DNA of 45,236 nucleotides from Abditibacteriaceae bacterium (GTDB lineage: Bacteria; Armatimonadota; Abditibacteriia; Abditibacteriales; Abditibacteriaceae): contig JANPJS010000207.1 of assembly GCA_031425655.1 (NCBI GenBank), positions 1 through 45,236 on the forward strand, given 5' to 3'. Made by a program: the position numbers and the translations under genes. The notes beneath the pieces were generated by a model. The model saw only the letters and a program-made list of their open reading frames with translations. It did not search any database and was not told the origin of the DNA. This document shows, piece by piece, positions 9,949-19,155 of the stretch (position 1 is its first letter; every line of letters begins with the position of its first letter).

Positions 9949-10143
9949 ATGGCAAAGACGAGTCAAGTCGCCAAATGCAAGCGGCTGCAAGAAAAGTCGA
10001 AGTATTCGGCGCGCGTTTACAATCGCTGCAATCTGTGCGGACGCCCGCGCGGATACATGCGCCGCTTCGGCATCTGCCGCATCTGCTTTCGCGGCATGAG
10101 CCATCGCGGGCTGGTTCCCGGTGTCACCAAGAGTTCGTGGTAA
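9949..10143 (+). CDS. rpsZ: 30S ribosomal protein S14, zinc-binding short form
   Basis: [10 protein letters not shown]...[14 protein letters not shown]. Confidence 0.98.
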   Translation: MAKTSQVAKCKRLQEKSKYSARVYNRCNLCGRPRGYMRRFGICRICFRGMSHRGLVPGVTKSSW

Positions 10144-10162
10144 AGACGAGGATTAACGAAAT

Positions 10163-10555
10163 ATGCAGACAGATCCGATTGCGGATTTCCTGACGGCGAT
10201 TCGCAACGCCAGCGGCGCACGCAAACAAGACGTAACCGTGCCGTCGTCCAAATTGAAAGTGGCTATCGCCGAAATTTTGAAGCGCGAAGGTTACATTGCC
10301 GACTTCGAAGTGCAGCCGGACAACAAGCAGAACCGCTTGAAAGTCGCGCTGCGTTATCACGGCAAGGACAACGTCATCCAGTTTTTGGAGCGCGTTTCCA
10401 AGCCGGGACGCCGCATTTACGTCGGCAAAACCGATGTTGAGCGCGTGCTTGGCGGCTTAGGCGTAGCGATTTTGTCCACCCCGCACGGCGTGCTGACCGA
10501 TCAGGAAGCGCGTCGCAAAGGTGTGGGCGGCGAAGTGCTGCTGCGCATTTATTAA
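10163..10555 (+). CDS. rpsH: 30S ribosomal protein S8
   Basis: DPIADFLTAIRNA, SKPGRRIY, GGEVL. Confidence 0.99.
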   Translation: MQTDPIADFLTAIRNASGARKQDVTVPSSKLKVAIAEILKREGYIADFEVQPDNKQNRLKVALRYHGKDNVIQFLERVSKPGRRIYVGKTDVERVLGGLGVAILSTPHGVLTDQEARRKGVGGEVLLRIY

Positions 10556-10561
10556 TTTCTC

Positions 10562-10713
10562 CTGACTTGCCACCATTGGCCCGGCGACTAAAGTCGCGGC
10601 AACAACAGCACAAAGGCTCCCTTCGGAGCCTAAGAATGCTGATTTGAGCCTGCGAAGGCAGGCTTCGCGCTGTTGTTGCCCGCAGATTTATCTGCCGGGC
10701 GTTTGCAAGTCAG
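10562..10713. repeat. REP/MITE-like multi-hairpin palindrome
   Basis: GCCCGGCGACTAAAGTCGCGGC...GCCTGCGAAGGCAGGC...GCCGGGC, with outer arms CTGACTTGC/GCAAGTCAG; related to 42427-42559. Confidence 0.75.
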
Positions 10714-10734
10714 AAACGAGTTTGGAGTAAAGAT

Positions 10735-11313
10735 ATGTCACGAGTTGGACGCGCGCCCATTCCGGTTCCCCAGGGCGTCACGATTACCATAAACGACGGC
10801 AAACTCACGGCGAAAGGCCCCAAAGGCACCATCGAACGGGAAGTTCATCCCGAAATCACGGTGGCGCAAGAGGACGGCCAGCTTGTCGTGACCCGCCCGT
10901 CGGATCAGAATCGCCATCGCGCGCTGCACGGTTTGACGCGCGCTTTGGTCAACAACGCTGTCGTCGGCGTCAGCGAAGGCTTCACCCGCGTGATGGAGCT
11001 GCGCGGCGTCGGCTATCGCGCCGAAGTGCAGGGTGAAGTGCTGAACCTCGCATTGGGCTATTCGCATCCTGTGCGAGTGCCGATGCCCAAAGGCGTCAGC
11101 GCCGAAGTAGCCAGCAGCACGCCGACGATGGAAAACGGCCTTTTGGCTGCAACTATTACTATCCGCTGCCACGACAAGCAAATGCTCGGCGATTTCGCGT
11201 CCGACGTGAAAGGCTGGCGTCCGGTCGAGCCGTATAAAGGCAAGGGTTTGCGCTACAAGGGCGAACTCGTCAAGCGCAAGGCCGGCAAGCAAGGCAAAGA
11301 CAAGAAGAAGTAG
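10735..11313 (+). CDS. rplF: 50S ribosomal protein L6
   Basis: [28 protein letters not shown]. Confidence 0.99.
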   Translation: MSRVGRAPIPVPQGVTITINDGKLTAKGPKGTIEREVHPEITVAQEDGQLVVTRPSDQNRHRALHGLTRALVNNAVVGVSEGFTRVMELRGVGYRAEVQGEVLNLALGYSHPVRVPMPKGVSAEVASSTPTMENGLLAATITIRCHDKQMLGDFASDVKGWRPVEPYKGKGLRYKGELVKRKAGKQGKDKKK

Positions 11314-11398
11314 ATATCGAATATCGAACAAGGAATGTCGAAGGTCGAACGGATTCCCCCTTCATCATTCAATATTCCTTGTTCAGCGTTCGATATTT
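11312..11398 (+). repeat. 7-mer tandem-repeat hairpin (GAATATC-like)
   Basis: ATATCGAATATCGAACAAGGAAT...ATTCCTTGTTC...TTCGATAT. Confidence 0.8.
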
Positions 11399-11408
11399 GA
11401 AGGCAATA

Positions 11409-11777
11409 ATGGCAAAACGAACCCCTCAGGACTTGAAACATCGCCGCCATCTGCGCTTGCGGCAGCGAGTGACAGGCACCGCAGCGCGTCCGCGCCTGTG
11501 CGTGAACCGCACGCTGAAGCACATTCACGCGCAGATCATTGACGACGTAAACGGCGTGACATTAGCTGCCGCTTCGACGGTGCAAGACGCGGTCGGCGCG
11601 CAGATCGAAGGCGGCAAAGGCAGCGTGGCTGCCGCGCGAGTCGTCGGTCAGATCATGGCCGAGCGCGCAAAAGAAAAGGGCATTGACGCTGTGGTCTTCG
11701 ACCGCAACGGCAATCAATATCATGGCGCGATTAAAGAATTGGCCGAGGCCGCCCGCGCCGGCGGTTTGCAATTTTAG
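11409..11777 (+). CDS. rplR: 50S ribosomal protein L18
   Basis: [27 protein letters not shown]. Confidence 0.98.
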   Translation: MAKRTPQDLKHRRHLRLRQRVTGTAARPRLCVNRTLKHIHAQIIDDVNGVTLAAASTVQDAVGAQIEGGKGSVAAARVVGQIMAERAKEKGIDAVVFDRNGNQYHGAIKELAEAARAGGLQF

Positions 11778-11786
11778 GAGTAATGC

Positions 11787-12458
11787 GTGCCCAGAATTCA
11801 AATTGATCCAGAACTGCTGACCATTGAGAAAGTCGTGCAACTGAAGCCGGTTTCCAAAACCGTCAAAGGTGGACGCAAACGCCGCTTTTCGTCGCTCGTT
11901 GTTGTCGGCGACGGCAACGGCCATGTCGGCGTCGGCATGGGCAAATCGGCCAGCGTGCCGGATTCCATTCGCAAAGGTGTGCAACGCGCGCAGAAAAACC
12001 TCGTCGAGGTGCCGCTCATTGACAATACCGTTCCGCACATGGTCATTGGCCGCACCGGTTCGGCGCGTGTGCTGCTCAAGCCCGCTTCGCCCGGAACCGG
12101 AGTTATCGCCGGCCCGGCGACCCGCGCTGTAGCCGAAGCCGCCGGCATCAAGGACATTCTCACGAAGTCCATGGGGTCGGACAACATTATTAACAACGTC
12201 TATGCCGCTCTCGACGGTCTGCGTTCGATGCAAAAAGCACCGGATGTCGCCAAGCGTCGCGGCAAGGAATTGAAACATTTGAGCCTGCCACCCAGGCTGA
12301 AGGATGCGAGCCTTTATGAGTCAAGACAGCCCGAATACGCGCCTGACTATCAAGTTGAAGAAAAGTCCGATCGGCAATCCAACCGATCAAAAGGCGACCG
12401 TGACCGCTCTCGGTCTCCGCAAGGTGGGGGCAACCGTCGTCCTGCCCGCCAACGATAG
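11787..12458 (+). CDS. rpsE: 30S ribosomal protein S5 with C-terminal tail overlapping rpmD
   Basis: KTVKGGR, VVVGDGNG, PASPGTGVIAG. Confidence 0.97.
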   Translation: MPRIQIDPELLTIEKVVQLKPVSKTVKGGRKRRFSSLVVVGDGNGHVGVGMGKSASVPDSIRKGVQRAQKNLVEVPLIDNTVPHMVIGRTGSARVLLKPASPGTGVIAGPATRAVAEAAGIKDILTKSMGSDNIINNVYAALDGLRSMQKAPDVAKRRGKELKHLSLPPRLKDASLYESRQPEYAPDYQVEEKSDRQSNRSKGDRDRSRSPQGGGNRRPARQR

Positions 12459-12513
12459 CGTGAAGGGCATGGTGTTTAAAGTCAAACACCTGCTCGAAGT
12501 CACCGAGGGCTAA
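12316..12513 (+). CDS. rpmD: 50S ribosomal protein L30
   Basis: IKLKKSPIG, TVTALGLRK, GMVFKVKHLL; position between rpsE and rplO. Confidence 0.95.
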   Translation: MSQDSPNTRLTIKLKKSPIGNPTDQKATVTALGLRKVGATVVLPANDSVKGMVFKVKHLLEVTEG

Positions 12514-12592
12514 GGGGCTGGGGGTTAGGGTCTGGGTGCTGGATTTTTCCGAGAACCGATTCCCAACACCCAGAACCCAGAACCCAAAACCT
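12514..12592 (+). repeat. 7-mer tandem-repeat hairpin (GGGNNCT/AGAACCC)
   Basis: Degenerate inverted arrays. Confidence 0.8.
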
Positions 12593-12603
12593 GAGGAACG
12601 AAG

Positions 12604-13068
12604 ATGGAACTGTTAACATTAACCAACATCCGGTCGGCGCCGGGCGCCCGCAAGCGCAAAAAGCGCGTGGGACGCGGCATCGGCAGCGGTCACGGCAAAA
12701 CCTCGACGCGCGGCCACAAAGGTCAGCATTCGCGCAACTCGGTCAAGCCGGGCTTTGAAGGCGGCCAGACGCCGCTTTATCGCCGCTTGCCCAAATTGCG
12801 CGGCAAAGGCAAAGGCGCGATGGCCATCGGCTTGACGCGCAAAGTCTACGGCGAAGTCAATATGCGCCAGTTAGAGTTGCTCGAAGCCGGCACCATCGTG
12901 ACGGCGCAACTGTTGCGCGAGCGTGGCATCGTCAAAGGCCGTCACGACGGCCTGCGCGTGCTCGGCTACGGCGAAATCACCAAAGCCTTGACCATTCACG
13001 CCGGGCATTTTACCGCTTCGGCCAAAGAAAAGATTGACGCCGCCGGCGGCACCTGCGAAGTGATTTAA
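12604..13068 (+). CDS. rplO: 50S ribosomal protein L15
   Basis: RVGRGIGSGHGKT, FEGGQTPLYRRLPK. Confidence 0.99.
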   Translation: MELLTLTNIRSAPGARKRKKRVGRGIGSGHGKTSTRGHKGQHSRNSVKPGFEGGQTPLYRRLPKLRGKGKGAMAIGLTRKVYGEVNMRQLELLEAGTIVTAQLLRERGIVKGRHDGLRVLGYGEITKALTIHAGHFTASAKEKIDAAGGTCEVI

Positions 13069-13157
13069 AGAATTTAGAAGTCAGAAGTCAGAAGTCAGAA
13101 GTTCGCAACGCGAACGGAAGGCTCTCTTCTGCATTCTGAATTCTAAATTCTGAATTC
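13069..13157 (+). repeat. 7-mer tandem-repeat hairpin (AGAAGTC/ATTCTGA)
   Basis: Inverted arrays spanning from the rplO stop to the secY start. Confidence 0.85.
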
Positions 13158-13158
13158 C

Positions 13159-14508
13159 ATGAAGAAAGCTTTAGAACCACTGATTTTAGCGTGGCGCGTG
13201 CCTGAATTGCGGCAGCGCCTGCTGTTTGTGCTTGGTGCGATGGTCGTGTTCGTGATCGCGCTGCACATTCCGGCGCCGCACGTCAACCGCGAGCGACTGC
13301 GCGAGCTTATCAACAGCAGCGCCGGCCTGCTCAACTTCATTGACATCTTCGGTGGCGGCGCCTTGCAGCGCCTTTCGATTCTGGCGCTGGGCATCATGCC
13401 GTATATCACGTCCAGCATCGTGTTCCAGATTCTCACGATTGCCTTTCCTTACTTTAAGGAATTGCAGCGCGAGGGCGAATACGGGCGCCGCAAAATGGCG
13501 CAATGGACACGCTGGGCCGCCATCGTCTTGACGGTTATTCAATCCACGATGGCCGCGAAAGCCCTTGTTTCGTTCGGTGCTACCGACGGGCAGGTGAGCG
13601 ATACCCAGTTCATTATTACGACGGTTATCGCTCTCACCGCTGGCACGATGTTCCTGCTCTGGTTGGGCGAACAAATTACTGAAAAAGGTGTCGGTAACGG
13701 CATTTCGTTCATCATTTTCGCCGGTATCGTGGCTTCGTTGCCGAACCAGATGACACAGTTGGTTCAAGGTGTTTCGGCAGGCACGGTTTCGCCGTTTAGC
13801 GTCGTGGGTTTGTTGTTGCTCTTCGTAGCGACAACCTGGGCTATCATCGGTGTTACGCAGGGCGAACGGCGCATTCCGATTCGTTATGCGCCGCGTCACG
13901 TTGGCGGCAAACAGGTGCAGGCGCAGCGTTCGTATCTGCCGCTGAAAATGGCGGCGGCGGGCGTGATTCCGATTATCTTCGCGGTTTCGATTGTCCTCTT
14001 TCCGGGACAGATCGCTACGTTTTACCTGACCAGCAGCGGCGCTACCAGCGGTGCCGGCTTCAGCACGGCGACGTTTATCCAGAATTTGTTTTCGCCGTCG
14101 AGCATTTTCGCGTCGTTGGTTTACGCTCTGCTTGTAATGGGCTTTACCTACTTTTATACGGCGGTCATTTTCGATGTGCGTGAGTTGGCCGATAACCTGA
14201 AAAAGTTTGGCGGCCAGATTCAAGGCTACGCGCCGGGTCGCCCAACGCAGCTTTTCATTGATCGCGTGTTGACGCGCATTACCTTTGCCGGCGGCTTGTT
14301 CTTGGCGAGTGTGGCCTTGCTCCAATGGTGGGCGCCAACTCTGCTGGGGTTGGCCAACAGCGGCGCCGGAGCCAGCACTTTAGTGGGCGGCACCAGCTTG
14401 CTCATCGTAGTCGGCGTGGCGCTGGAGATTATGAACAATCTCGATCAGCAGTTGAAAATGCGCCAGTATGAAGGTTTTGTCCGGCAAATGAAAAAGGGCC
14501 GCTTGTAG
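13159..14508 (+). CDS. secY: preprotein translocase SecY
   Basis: ALGIMPYITSSI, WLGEQITEKGVGNGIS, GGTSLLIVVGV. Confidence 0.99.
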   Translation: MKKALEPLILAWRVPELRQRLLFVLGAMVVFVIALHIPAPHVNRERLRELINSSAGLLNFIDIFGGGALQRLSILALGIMPYITSSIVFQILTIAFPYFKELQREGEYGRRKMAQWTRWAAIVLTVIQSTMAAKALVSFGATDGQVSDTQFIITTVIALTAGTMFLLWLGEQITEKGVGNGISFIIFAGIVASLPNQMTQLVQGVSAGTVSPFSVVGLLLLFVATTWAIIGVTQGERRIPIRYAPRHVGGKQVQAQRSYLPLKMAAAGVIPIIFAVSIVLFPGQIATFYLTSSGATSGAGFSTATFIQNLFSPSSIFASLVYALLVMGFTYFYTAVIFDVRELADNLKKFGGQIQGYAPGRPTQLFIDRVLTRITFAGGLFLASVALLQWWAPTLLGLANSGAGASTLVGGTSLLIVVGVALEIMNNLDQQLKMRQYEGFVRQMKKGRL

Positions 14509-14511
14509 TAA

Positions 14512-14577
14512 GGATGAGGGATGAAGGATGAGGGATGAAAATGGACTCATCCTTCATCCCTCATCCTTCATCCCTCA
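14512..14577 (+). repeat. 7-mer tandem-repeat hairpin (GGATGAR/YTCATCC)
   Basis: Perfect 25-bp arms 14515-14539 / 14553-14577. Confidence 0.9.
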
Positions 14578-14579
14578 CT

Positions 14580-15224
14580 ATGCGTTTGGTTTTGTTGGGG
14601 CCACCGGGCGGCGGCAAGGGCACTCAGTCCAAGACGCTGGCGGTGGAGCTTGGCGTGCCGCACATTGCTACCGGCGATCTTTTCCGCGCTGAAATCGCGT
14701 CGGAAAGCGAACTTGGAGTTTTGGCCGACAGTTACATCGCGCACGGCAATTTAGTGCCAGACGACGTTGTGAATCGCATGGTGCGCGAACGGTTGGGGAA
14801 GCCGGACTGTTCTGGCTTCGTGTTAGACGGTTACCCGCGCACCGTTCCGCAGGCGCAGTCGTTGGAAAGCGCGTTGAACCAATTCGGGCGTCCTTTGCAG
14901 GCTGCGATTCAAATTGATGTGCCGGATGATTCGATTGTTGGACGTGCGGTTGGGCGGTTGCTTTGCCCGCAGTGCGACGCAATTTATCATCTGACAGCCA
15001 AGCCTCCTCGCCGTATGGGTTTGTGCGATAGTGACGGTAGCGTCTTGGTCGTGCGCGAGGACGATCAGCCGTCAACGGTGCGGCGGCGATTGCAGATTTA
15101 TCATCGCATTACGGAGCCGGTGATTGAGTTTTATCGTGAGCGGCATTTGCTGCACACAATCGTAGGGTCGGGAACGCCCGTCGAAGTCGGGCAGCGCTTG
15201 CGTGCAGTGCTGAGAGATTTGTGA
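14580..15224 (+). CDS. adk: adenylate kinase (Zn-LID type)
   Basis: GPPGGGKGTQ, DGYPR, CPQC...CDSD lid. Confidence 0.98.
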   Translation: MRLVLLGPPGGGKGTQSKTLAVELGVPHIATGDLFRAEIASESELGVLADSYIAHGNLVPDDVVNRMVRERLGKPDCSGFVLDGYPRTVPQAQSLESALNQFGRPLQAAIQIDVPDDSIVGRAVGRLLCPQCDAIYHLTAKPPRRMGLCDSDGSVLVVREDDQPSTVRRRLQIYHRITEPVIEFYRERHLLHTIVGSGTPVEVGQRLRAVLRDL

Positions 15225-15269
15225 TAACATTTTTGATTCGGCTGCCTCGAAGCGGTTACAGGAGAAGCA

Positions 15270-15515
15270 TTGCGTAGACAACATCATTCGAAACCGGTAT
15301 CCAAAGACAAAGGCGTCGAAGTCGAAGGCGTAGTGCGCGAAACGCTGCCCAATGCCATGTTTCGCGTGGAGTTGGAAAATGGGCACGAGGTTTTGGCCCA
15401 TGTGTCGGGCAACATCCGGCGCAATTACATCAAGATTCGGCCCGGCGACCGCGTGTTGCTTGAATTGAACATTAACGATCTTAAACGCGGACGTATTATT
15501 TATCGCTATAAATAA
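15270..15515 (+). CDS. infA: translation initiation factor IF-1
   Basis: [27 protein letters not shown] start after AGGAG. Confidence 0.97.
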   Translation: MRRQHHSKPVSKDKGVEVEGVVRETLPNAMFRVELENGHEVLAHVSGNIRRNYIKIRPGDRVLLELNINDLKRGRIIYRYK

Positions 15516-15542
15516 ACGACCGAGAATCGAAGAGGAATTACC

Positions 15543-15656
15543 ATGAAAGTGCGCGCTTCAATTAAAAAGCGTTGTGATAACTGCAAGATCATCCGCCGTC
15601 ACGGCAAGGTTTTAGTGATCTGCACGACCAAGAAACACAAGCAGCGCCAGGGATAA
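15543..15656 (+). CDS. rpmJ: 50S ribosomal protein L36
   Basis: Hand translation [37 protein letters not shown]; too short for the ORF track. Confidence 0.98.
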   Translation: MKVRASIKKRCDNCKIIRRHGKVLVICTTKKHKQRQG

Positions 15657-15660
15657 GAGA

Positions 15661-15735
15661 ATTGACGATTGTGGATTGACGATTGACGAATTAAGGTTCG
15701 CGGTGTTCGTCAATCGTCAATCGTAATTCGTCAAT
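15661..15735 (+). repeat. 7-mer tandem-repeat hairpin (ATTGACG/CGTCAAT)
   Basis: Inverted arrays. Confidence 0.85.
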
Positions 15736-15743
15736 GGAGAAAT

Positions 15744-16118
15744 ATGGCACGAATTTCGGGAATAGACCTGCCGCGCGATAAACAGATCGCTACGGCGCTG
15801 ACTTACATTTACGGCATCGGCCCGACGCTGGCGCTGCGCGTTTTGGAGACGGCGAACATCGCTGCGAACGTGCGCGTGCGCGATTTGAGCGATGCCGACG
15901 CCGCACGTTTGCGCGAGATTATCGAGCGCGATTTTCGCGTCGAAGGCGACTTGCGCCGCGAAGTGAACGGCAACATCAAGCGTCTGGTGGAAATCCAGTG
16001 CTATCGCGGAGTGCGCCATCGTCGTGGTTTGCCGGTGCGTGGACAACGCACCAAGACCAACGCGCGCACTCGTAAAGGCCCGCGCAAAACCGTCGGCGTC
16101 AAACGCAGCAAAAAATAG
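15744..16118 (+). CDS. rpsM: 30S ribosomal protein S13
   Basis: [26 protein letters not shown]. Confidence 0.99.
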   Translation: MARISGIDLPRDKQIATALTYIYGIGPTLALRVLETANIAANVRVRDLSDADAARLREIIERDFRVEGDLRREVNGNIKRLVEIQCYRGVRHRRGLPVRGQRTKTNARTRKGPRKTVGVKRSKK

Positions 16119-16196
16119 GTGAGTTTTGAGTTGTGAGTTGTGAGTTGTGAGTTAAATCCACAACTCAAAACTCAAAACTCAAAACTCATCACTCAC
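16119..16196 (+). repeat. 7-mer tandem-repeat hairpin (GAGTT(G/T)T/AAAACTC)
   Basis: Inverted arrays. Confidence 0.9.
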
Positions 16197-16205
16197 GGAG
16201 TGAAA

Positions 16206-16589
16206 ATGGCAGAACGCAGCGGCTCACGCAGAGCCAAAAAAGCATCCCCGAAAGGGCAGGCTTACATTCAGAGCACTTTTAACAACACCATCGTCACGCT
16301 GACGGACGCCGAAGGCAACTGCTACGGCTGGGCGTCGGCGGGCACGGTAGGCTTCAAGGGCACCAAAAAAGGCACCCCGTTCGCGGCGCAAGTCGCGGCG
16401 CAAAACGTGGCACGCCGCGCCCTCGATGCCGGAATGCGTCGCGTGGACGTGTTCGTGAAAGGGCCGGGCAGCGGACGCGAGACGGCGATTCGCGCTTTGC
16501 AGTCATCGGGCTTGGAAGTCGGCGCTATTCGTGACGTGACGGCCATCCCGCACAACGGCTGCCGTCCCCGCAAACGCCGCAGAGTCTAA
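16206..16589 (+). CDS. rpsK: 30S ribosomal protein S11
   Basis: [29 protein letters not shown]. Confidence 0.99.
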   Translation: MAERSGSRRAKKASPKGQAYIQSTFNNTIVTLTDAEGNCYGWASAGTVGFKGTKKGTPFAAQVAAQNVARRALDAGMRRVDVFVKGPGSGRETAIRALQSSGLEVGAIRDVTAIPHNGCRPRKRRRV

Positions 16590-16670
16590 CGGCAGTTTTG
16601 AGTTCTTAGTTTTGAGTTTTGAGTTAATTGATTCAACTCAAAACTTAAAACTCATAATTCAAAATTGCCG
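16590..16670 (+). repeat. 7-mer tandem-repeat hairpin (GAGTTTT/AAAACTC)
   Basis: Inverted arrays closed by CGGCA/TGCCG. Confidence 0.9.
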
Positions 16671-16747
16671 TAACAGCATTGCCGGGCACGAGATGTTCCG
16701 GCAGGAGAGTTTTTCTCCAGTCGAGGCGTGCAACTCGCTTCGGTTAC
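16670..16747 (+). promoter_or_regulatory. candidate structured rpsD leader (multi-way junction)
   Basis: GTAAC/GTTAC closing stem enclosing three hairpins. Confidence 0.35.
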
Positions 16748-16772
16748 AGAGCTATTTTTTGAGGAGAAGGTT

Positions 16773-17399
16773 GTGGCAAGATATCGTGGGCCGATAGGCA
16801 AAGTCAGTCGGCGCTTAGGCTTCGGCATTACGGAGAAGGGCGAGCGCATTTTGAAAAAGCGCCCGACGCCTCCGGGACAGCACGGACAGGGCAGCACCAA
16901 TAATCGTAACCAAAAAGTGTCGGATTACGGTGTGCGCTTGAAAGAAAAGCAGAAAGCGCGCTACGTTTACGGCGTTTTAGAGAAGCAATTTCGTCGCGCG
17001 TTCGACGAAGCGAAGCGCATTCCCGGCGAAACCGGCGCGAATCTTTTCATTTTGCTCGAACGGCGTTTGGATAACGTGATTTACCGCATGGGATTAGCGC
17101 AAACTCGCGCCCAAGCGCGACAGTTGGTATGTCATGGGCACGTTGTTATCAATGGGCGTAAGACCAACATTCCCTCGTATCTGGTGAAGGCGGGCGAAAC
17201 CGTCGCGGTGCGTCCGCAAAGCAAGAATATCCCTTATTTTAAGGGCGTTGTGGAGAAAAATAGCTCCGGCGGTCGTGTGCCGGTGTGGATTTCCTATGAT
17301 CCGGCGGCGTTATCGGCGCAAGTCACTTCTATGCCGCGCCGCGAAGACGCCGAACCCGGCATCAACGAACAGCTCATCGTCGAGTATTATTCGCGTTAA
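16773..17399 (+). CDS. rpsD: 30S ribosomal protein S4 (no Zn cysteines)
   Basis: GTG after [26 protein letters not shown]. Confidence 0.99.
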   Translation: MARYRGPIGKVSRRLGFGITEKGERILKKRPTPPGQHGQGSTNNRNQKVSDYGVRLKEKQKARYVYGVLEKQFRRAFDEAKRIPGETGANLFILLERRLDNVIYRMGLAQTRAQARQLVCHGHVVINGRKTNIPSYLVKAGETVAVRPQSKNIPYFKGVVEKNSSGGRVPVWISYDPAALSAQVTSMPRREDAEPGINEQLIVEYYSR

Positions 17400-17558
17400 G
17401 CCCCGTTAATCGGCACCCGCGCGGCGCATTACAGGCAAAGCGGCGCGGGTGTCGTATTGTGTGCCGGAAGAGGGCTTTGCCAGGGGACGGCTGGGGCGCG
17501 CTGACAATGTGGTGCGCCGCCGGGATGCCGGAAAGGGAGCAAGGGTCACTTTCAAATT

Positions 17559-18536
17559 ATGCTGAATTTACAAGTCCAACCGCGCATTCGTGTGCTGACG
17601 CAAAACGACCGCTACGGCAAGTTCGTAGTGGAACCGTTGGACAAAGGTTACGGACAAACGCTGGGCGCCAGCCTGCGCCGCGTGCTACTGACCTCGATTG
17701 AAGGCGTGGCAATCACGGCGATTCAAGTGCAGGGCGTGCAGCACGAATTTTCAACGCTGCCCGGCGTAGTTGAAGACATGATGGAAATCGTGCTCAACCT
17801 GAAAGAAATTGCCATTAAGGCGCTCAGTGGACGGCTCGAAGGGCCGGTCGCGGCGCGCATTGATAAGCAGGGCGAAGGCCGTATTACCGGCGCCGACGTG
17901 CAGTTGCCGGCGAATTTGCAGATCGTTTCGCCGGAAAAGCCGATTGCCACGCTTTCGCGCGGCGATGCGCGCTTCGATGCCGTATTGACCATCGAATTGG
18001 GCAAAGGCTACGTTCCGTCGGGAATGCAGGAGCGCAGCAAAACTATCGGCACCATTCCCGTAGATGCCATTTACTCGCCGATTACGCGCGTCAACTATTA
18101 CGTTGAGCCGACGCGCGTCGGGCAGCAAACCGAACTTGACCGTCTGGTCATGGAAATCTGGACGGATGGTTCGCTGGGCGCCTCGGTGGCTTTGGCGCAA
18201 GCCTCGCGCATCATGCAGGAATACATGACGCTGTTCGGCAGCATCGAAGGCGAAGTCGAAAGCGGCCCGGCAGATGCCGGCGGCGCGGCGGCCAACCGAG
18301 CGCGCGACGTGAAAATTGACGATCTCGATTTCTCGAACCGCACTTACAACTGCTTGAAGCGTCAGGGCATCGAGACTCTCGAAGAACTGCGCAACTACAC
18401 CGAAGAAGAATTGATGGCGATTCGCAACTTCGGCCAGAAATCGCTGGATGAAGTCAAGGCCAAGCTGGAAGATCACAGCCTTGCGCTACGTCCGTCGCCC
18501 TCGGCGGATAACGGCGAGTTGCTGGAACTCGAATAA
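17559..18536 (+). CDS. rpoA: RNA polymerase alpha subunit
   Basis: EPLDKGYGQTLG, HEFSTLPGV, RTYNCLKR, RNFGQKSL. Confidence 0.99.
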   Translation: MLNLQVQPRIRVLTQNDRYGKFVVEPLDKGYGQTLGASLRRVLLTSIEGVAITAIQVQGVQHEFSTLPGVVEDMMEIVLNLKEIAIKALSGRLEGPVAARIDKQGEGRITGADVQLPANLQIVSPEKPIATLSRGDARFDAVLTIELGKGYVPSGMQERSKTIGTIPVDAIYSPITRVNYYVEPTRVGQQTELDRLVMEIWTDGSLGASVALAQASRIMQEYMTLFGSIEGEVESGPADAGGAAANRARDVKIDDLDFSNRTYNCLKRQGIETLEELRNYTEEELMAIRNFGQKSLDEVKAKLEDHSLALRPSPSADNGELLELE

Positions 18537-18543
18537 GGAAATC

Positions 18544-19032
18544 ATGCGGCATAAAATTTCGCATCGCAAACTAAACAAGCCGACCGATCAACGGATGGCT
18601 TTGCTGAAAAATCAGGTGCAGGCGCTGTTCACGCACGAGCGCATCGTGACAACCGAGGCTCGCGCCAAAGAAGTCCGTTCTTTAGCCGAAAAGCTTATCA
18701 CACGGGCCAAAGTGGACAGCGTGGCTAATCGTCGTCACGTCGAGCGTTACATCCAAAAGCCGCCGGTGCCGAGCGAAACCAAAGTGGCTTTCGAAAAGCG
18801 CAAGCGCGAAAACCCGGTGGCGGTTCGCAAAAGCCCGACGGTCAAGGCGTGGCGCGAAGCTGAGCATCCCGAACGCGAGATTCTGAACAAATTGTTCACG
18901 GACATCGCGCCTCGTTATGCCACGCGCGCCAAAGACGCGCCCGGCGGCAATGGTGGCTACACGCGCATCGTGAAACTGCCGCCGCGTCGTGGCGATTCGG
19001 CCCCGACAGCGGTTTTGATGCTGGTTGAGTAG
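18544..19032 (+). CDS. rplQ: 50S ribosomal protein L17 with internal insertion
   Basis: MRHK, HERIVTTEARAKE, GGYTRIVK, RRGDSAP. Confidence 0.98.
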   Translation: MRHKISHRKLNKPTDQRMALLKNQVQALFTHERIVTTEARAKEVRSLAEKLITRAKVDSVANRRHVERYIQKPPVPSETKVAFEKRKRENPVAVRKSPTVKAWREAEHPEREILNKLFTDIAPRYATRAKDAPGGNGGYTRIVKLPPRRGDSAPTAVLMLVE

Positions 19033-19034
19033 AT

Positions 19035-19152
19035 TCTGGATGCTGGTTTCTTGATGCTGGATAGAAATCGCCAGATTGTGCCGGAGATTGCTACGAGTGA
19101 TCGAGAAGCACAATTCGGCATCAAGCATCGAGTCGAGATTCCAGCATTAAGA
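19035..19152 (+). repeat. degenerate 7-mer tandem-repeat hairpin (GGATGCT/AGCATCN)
   Basis: TCTGGATGCTGG...TTGATGCTGG vs GCATCAAGCATCG...CCAGCATTAAGA. Confidence 0.6.
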
Positions 19153-19155
19153 TTC

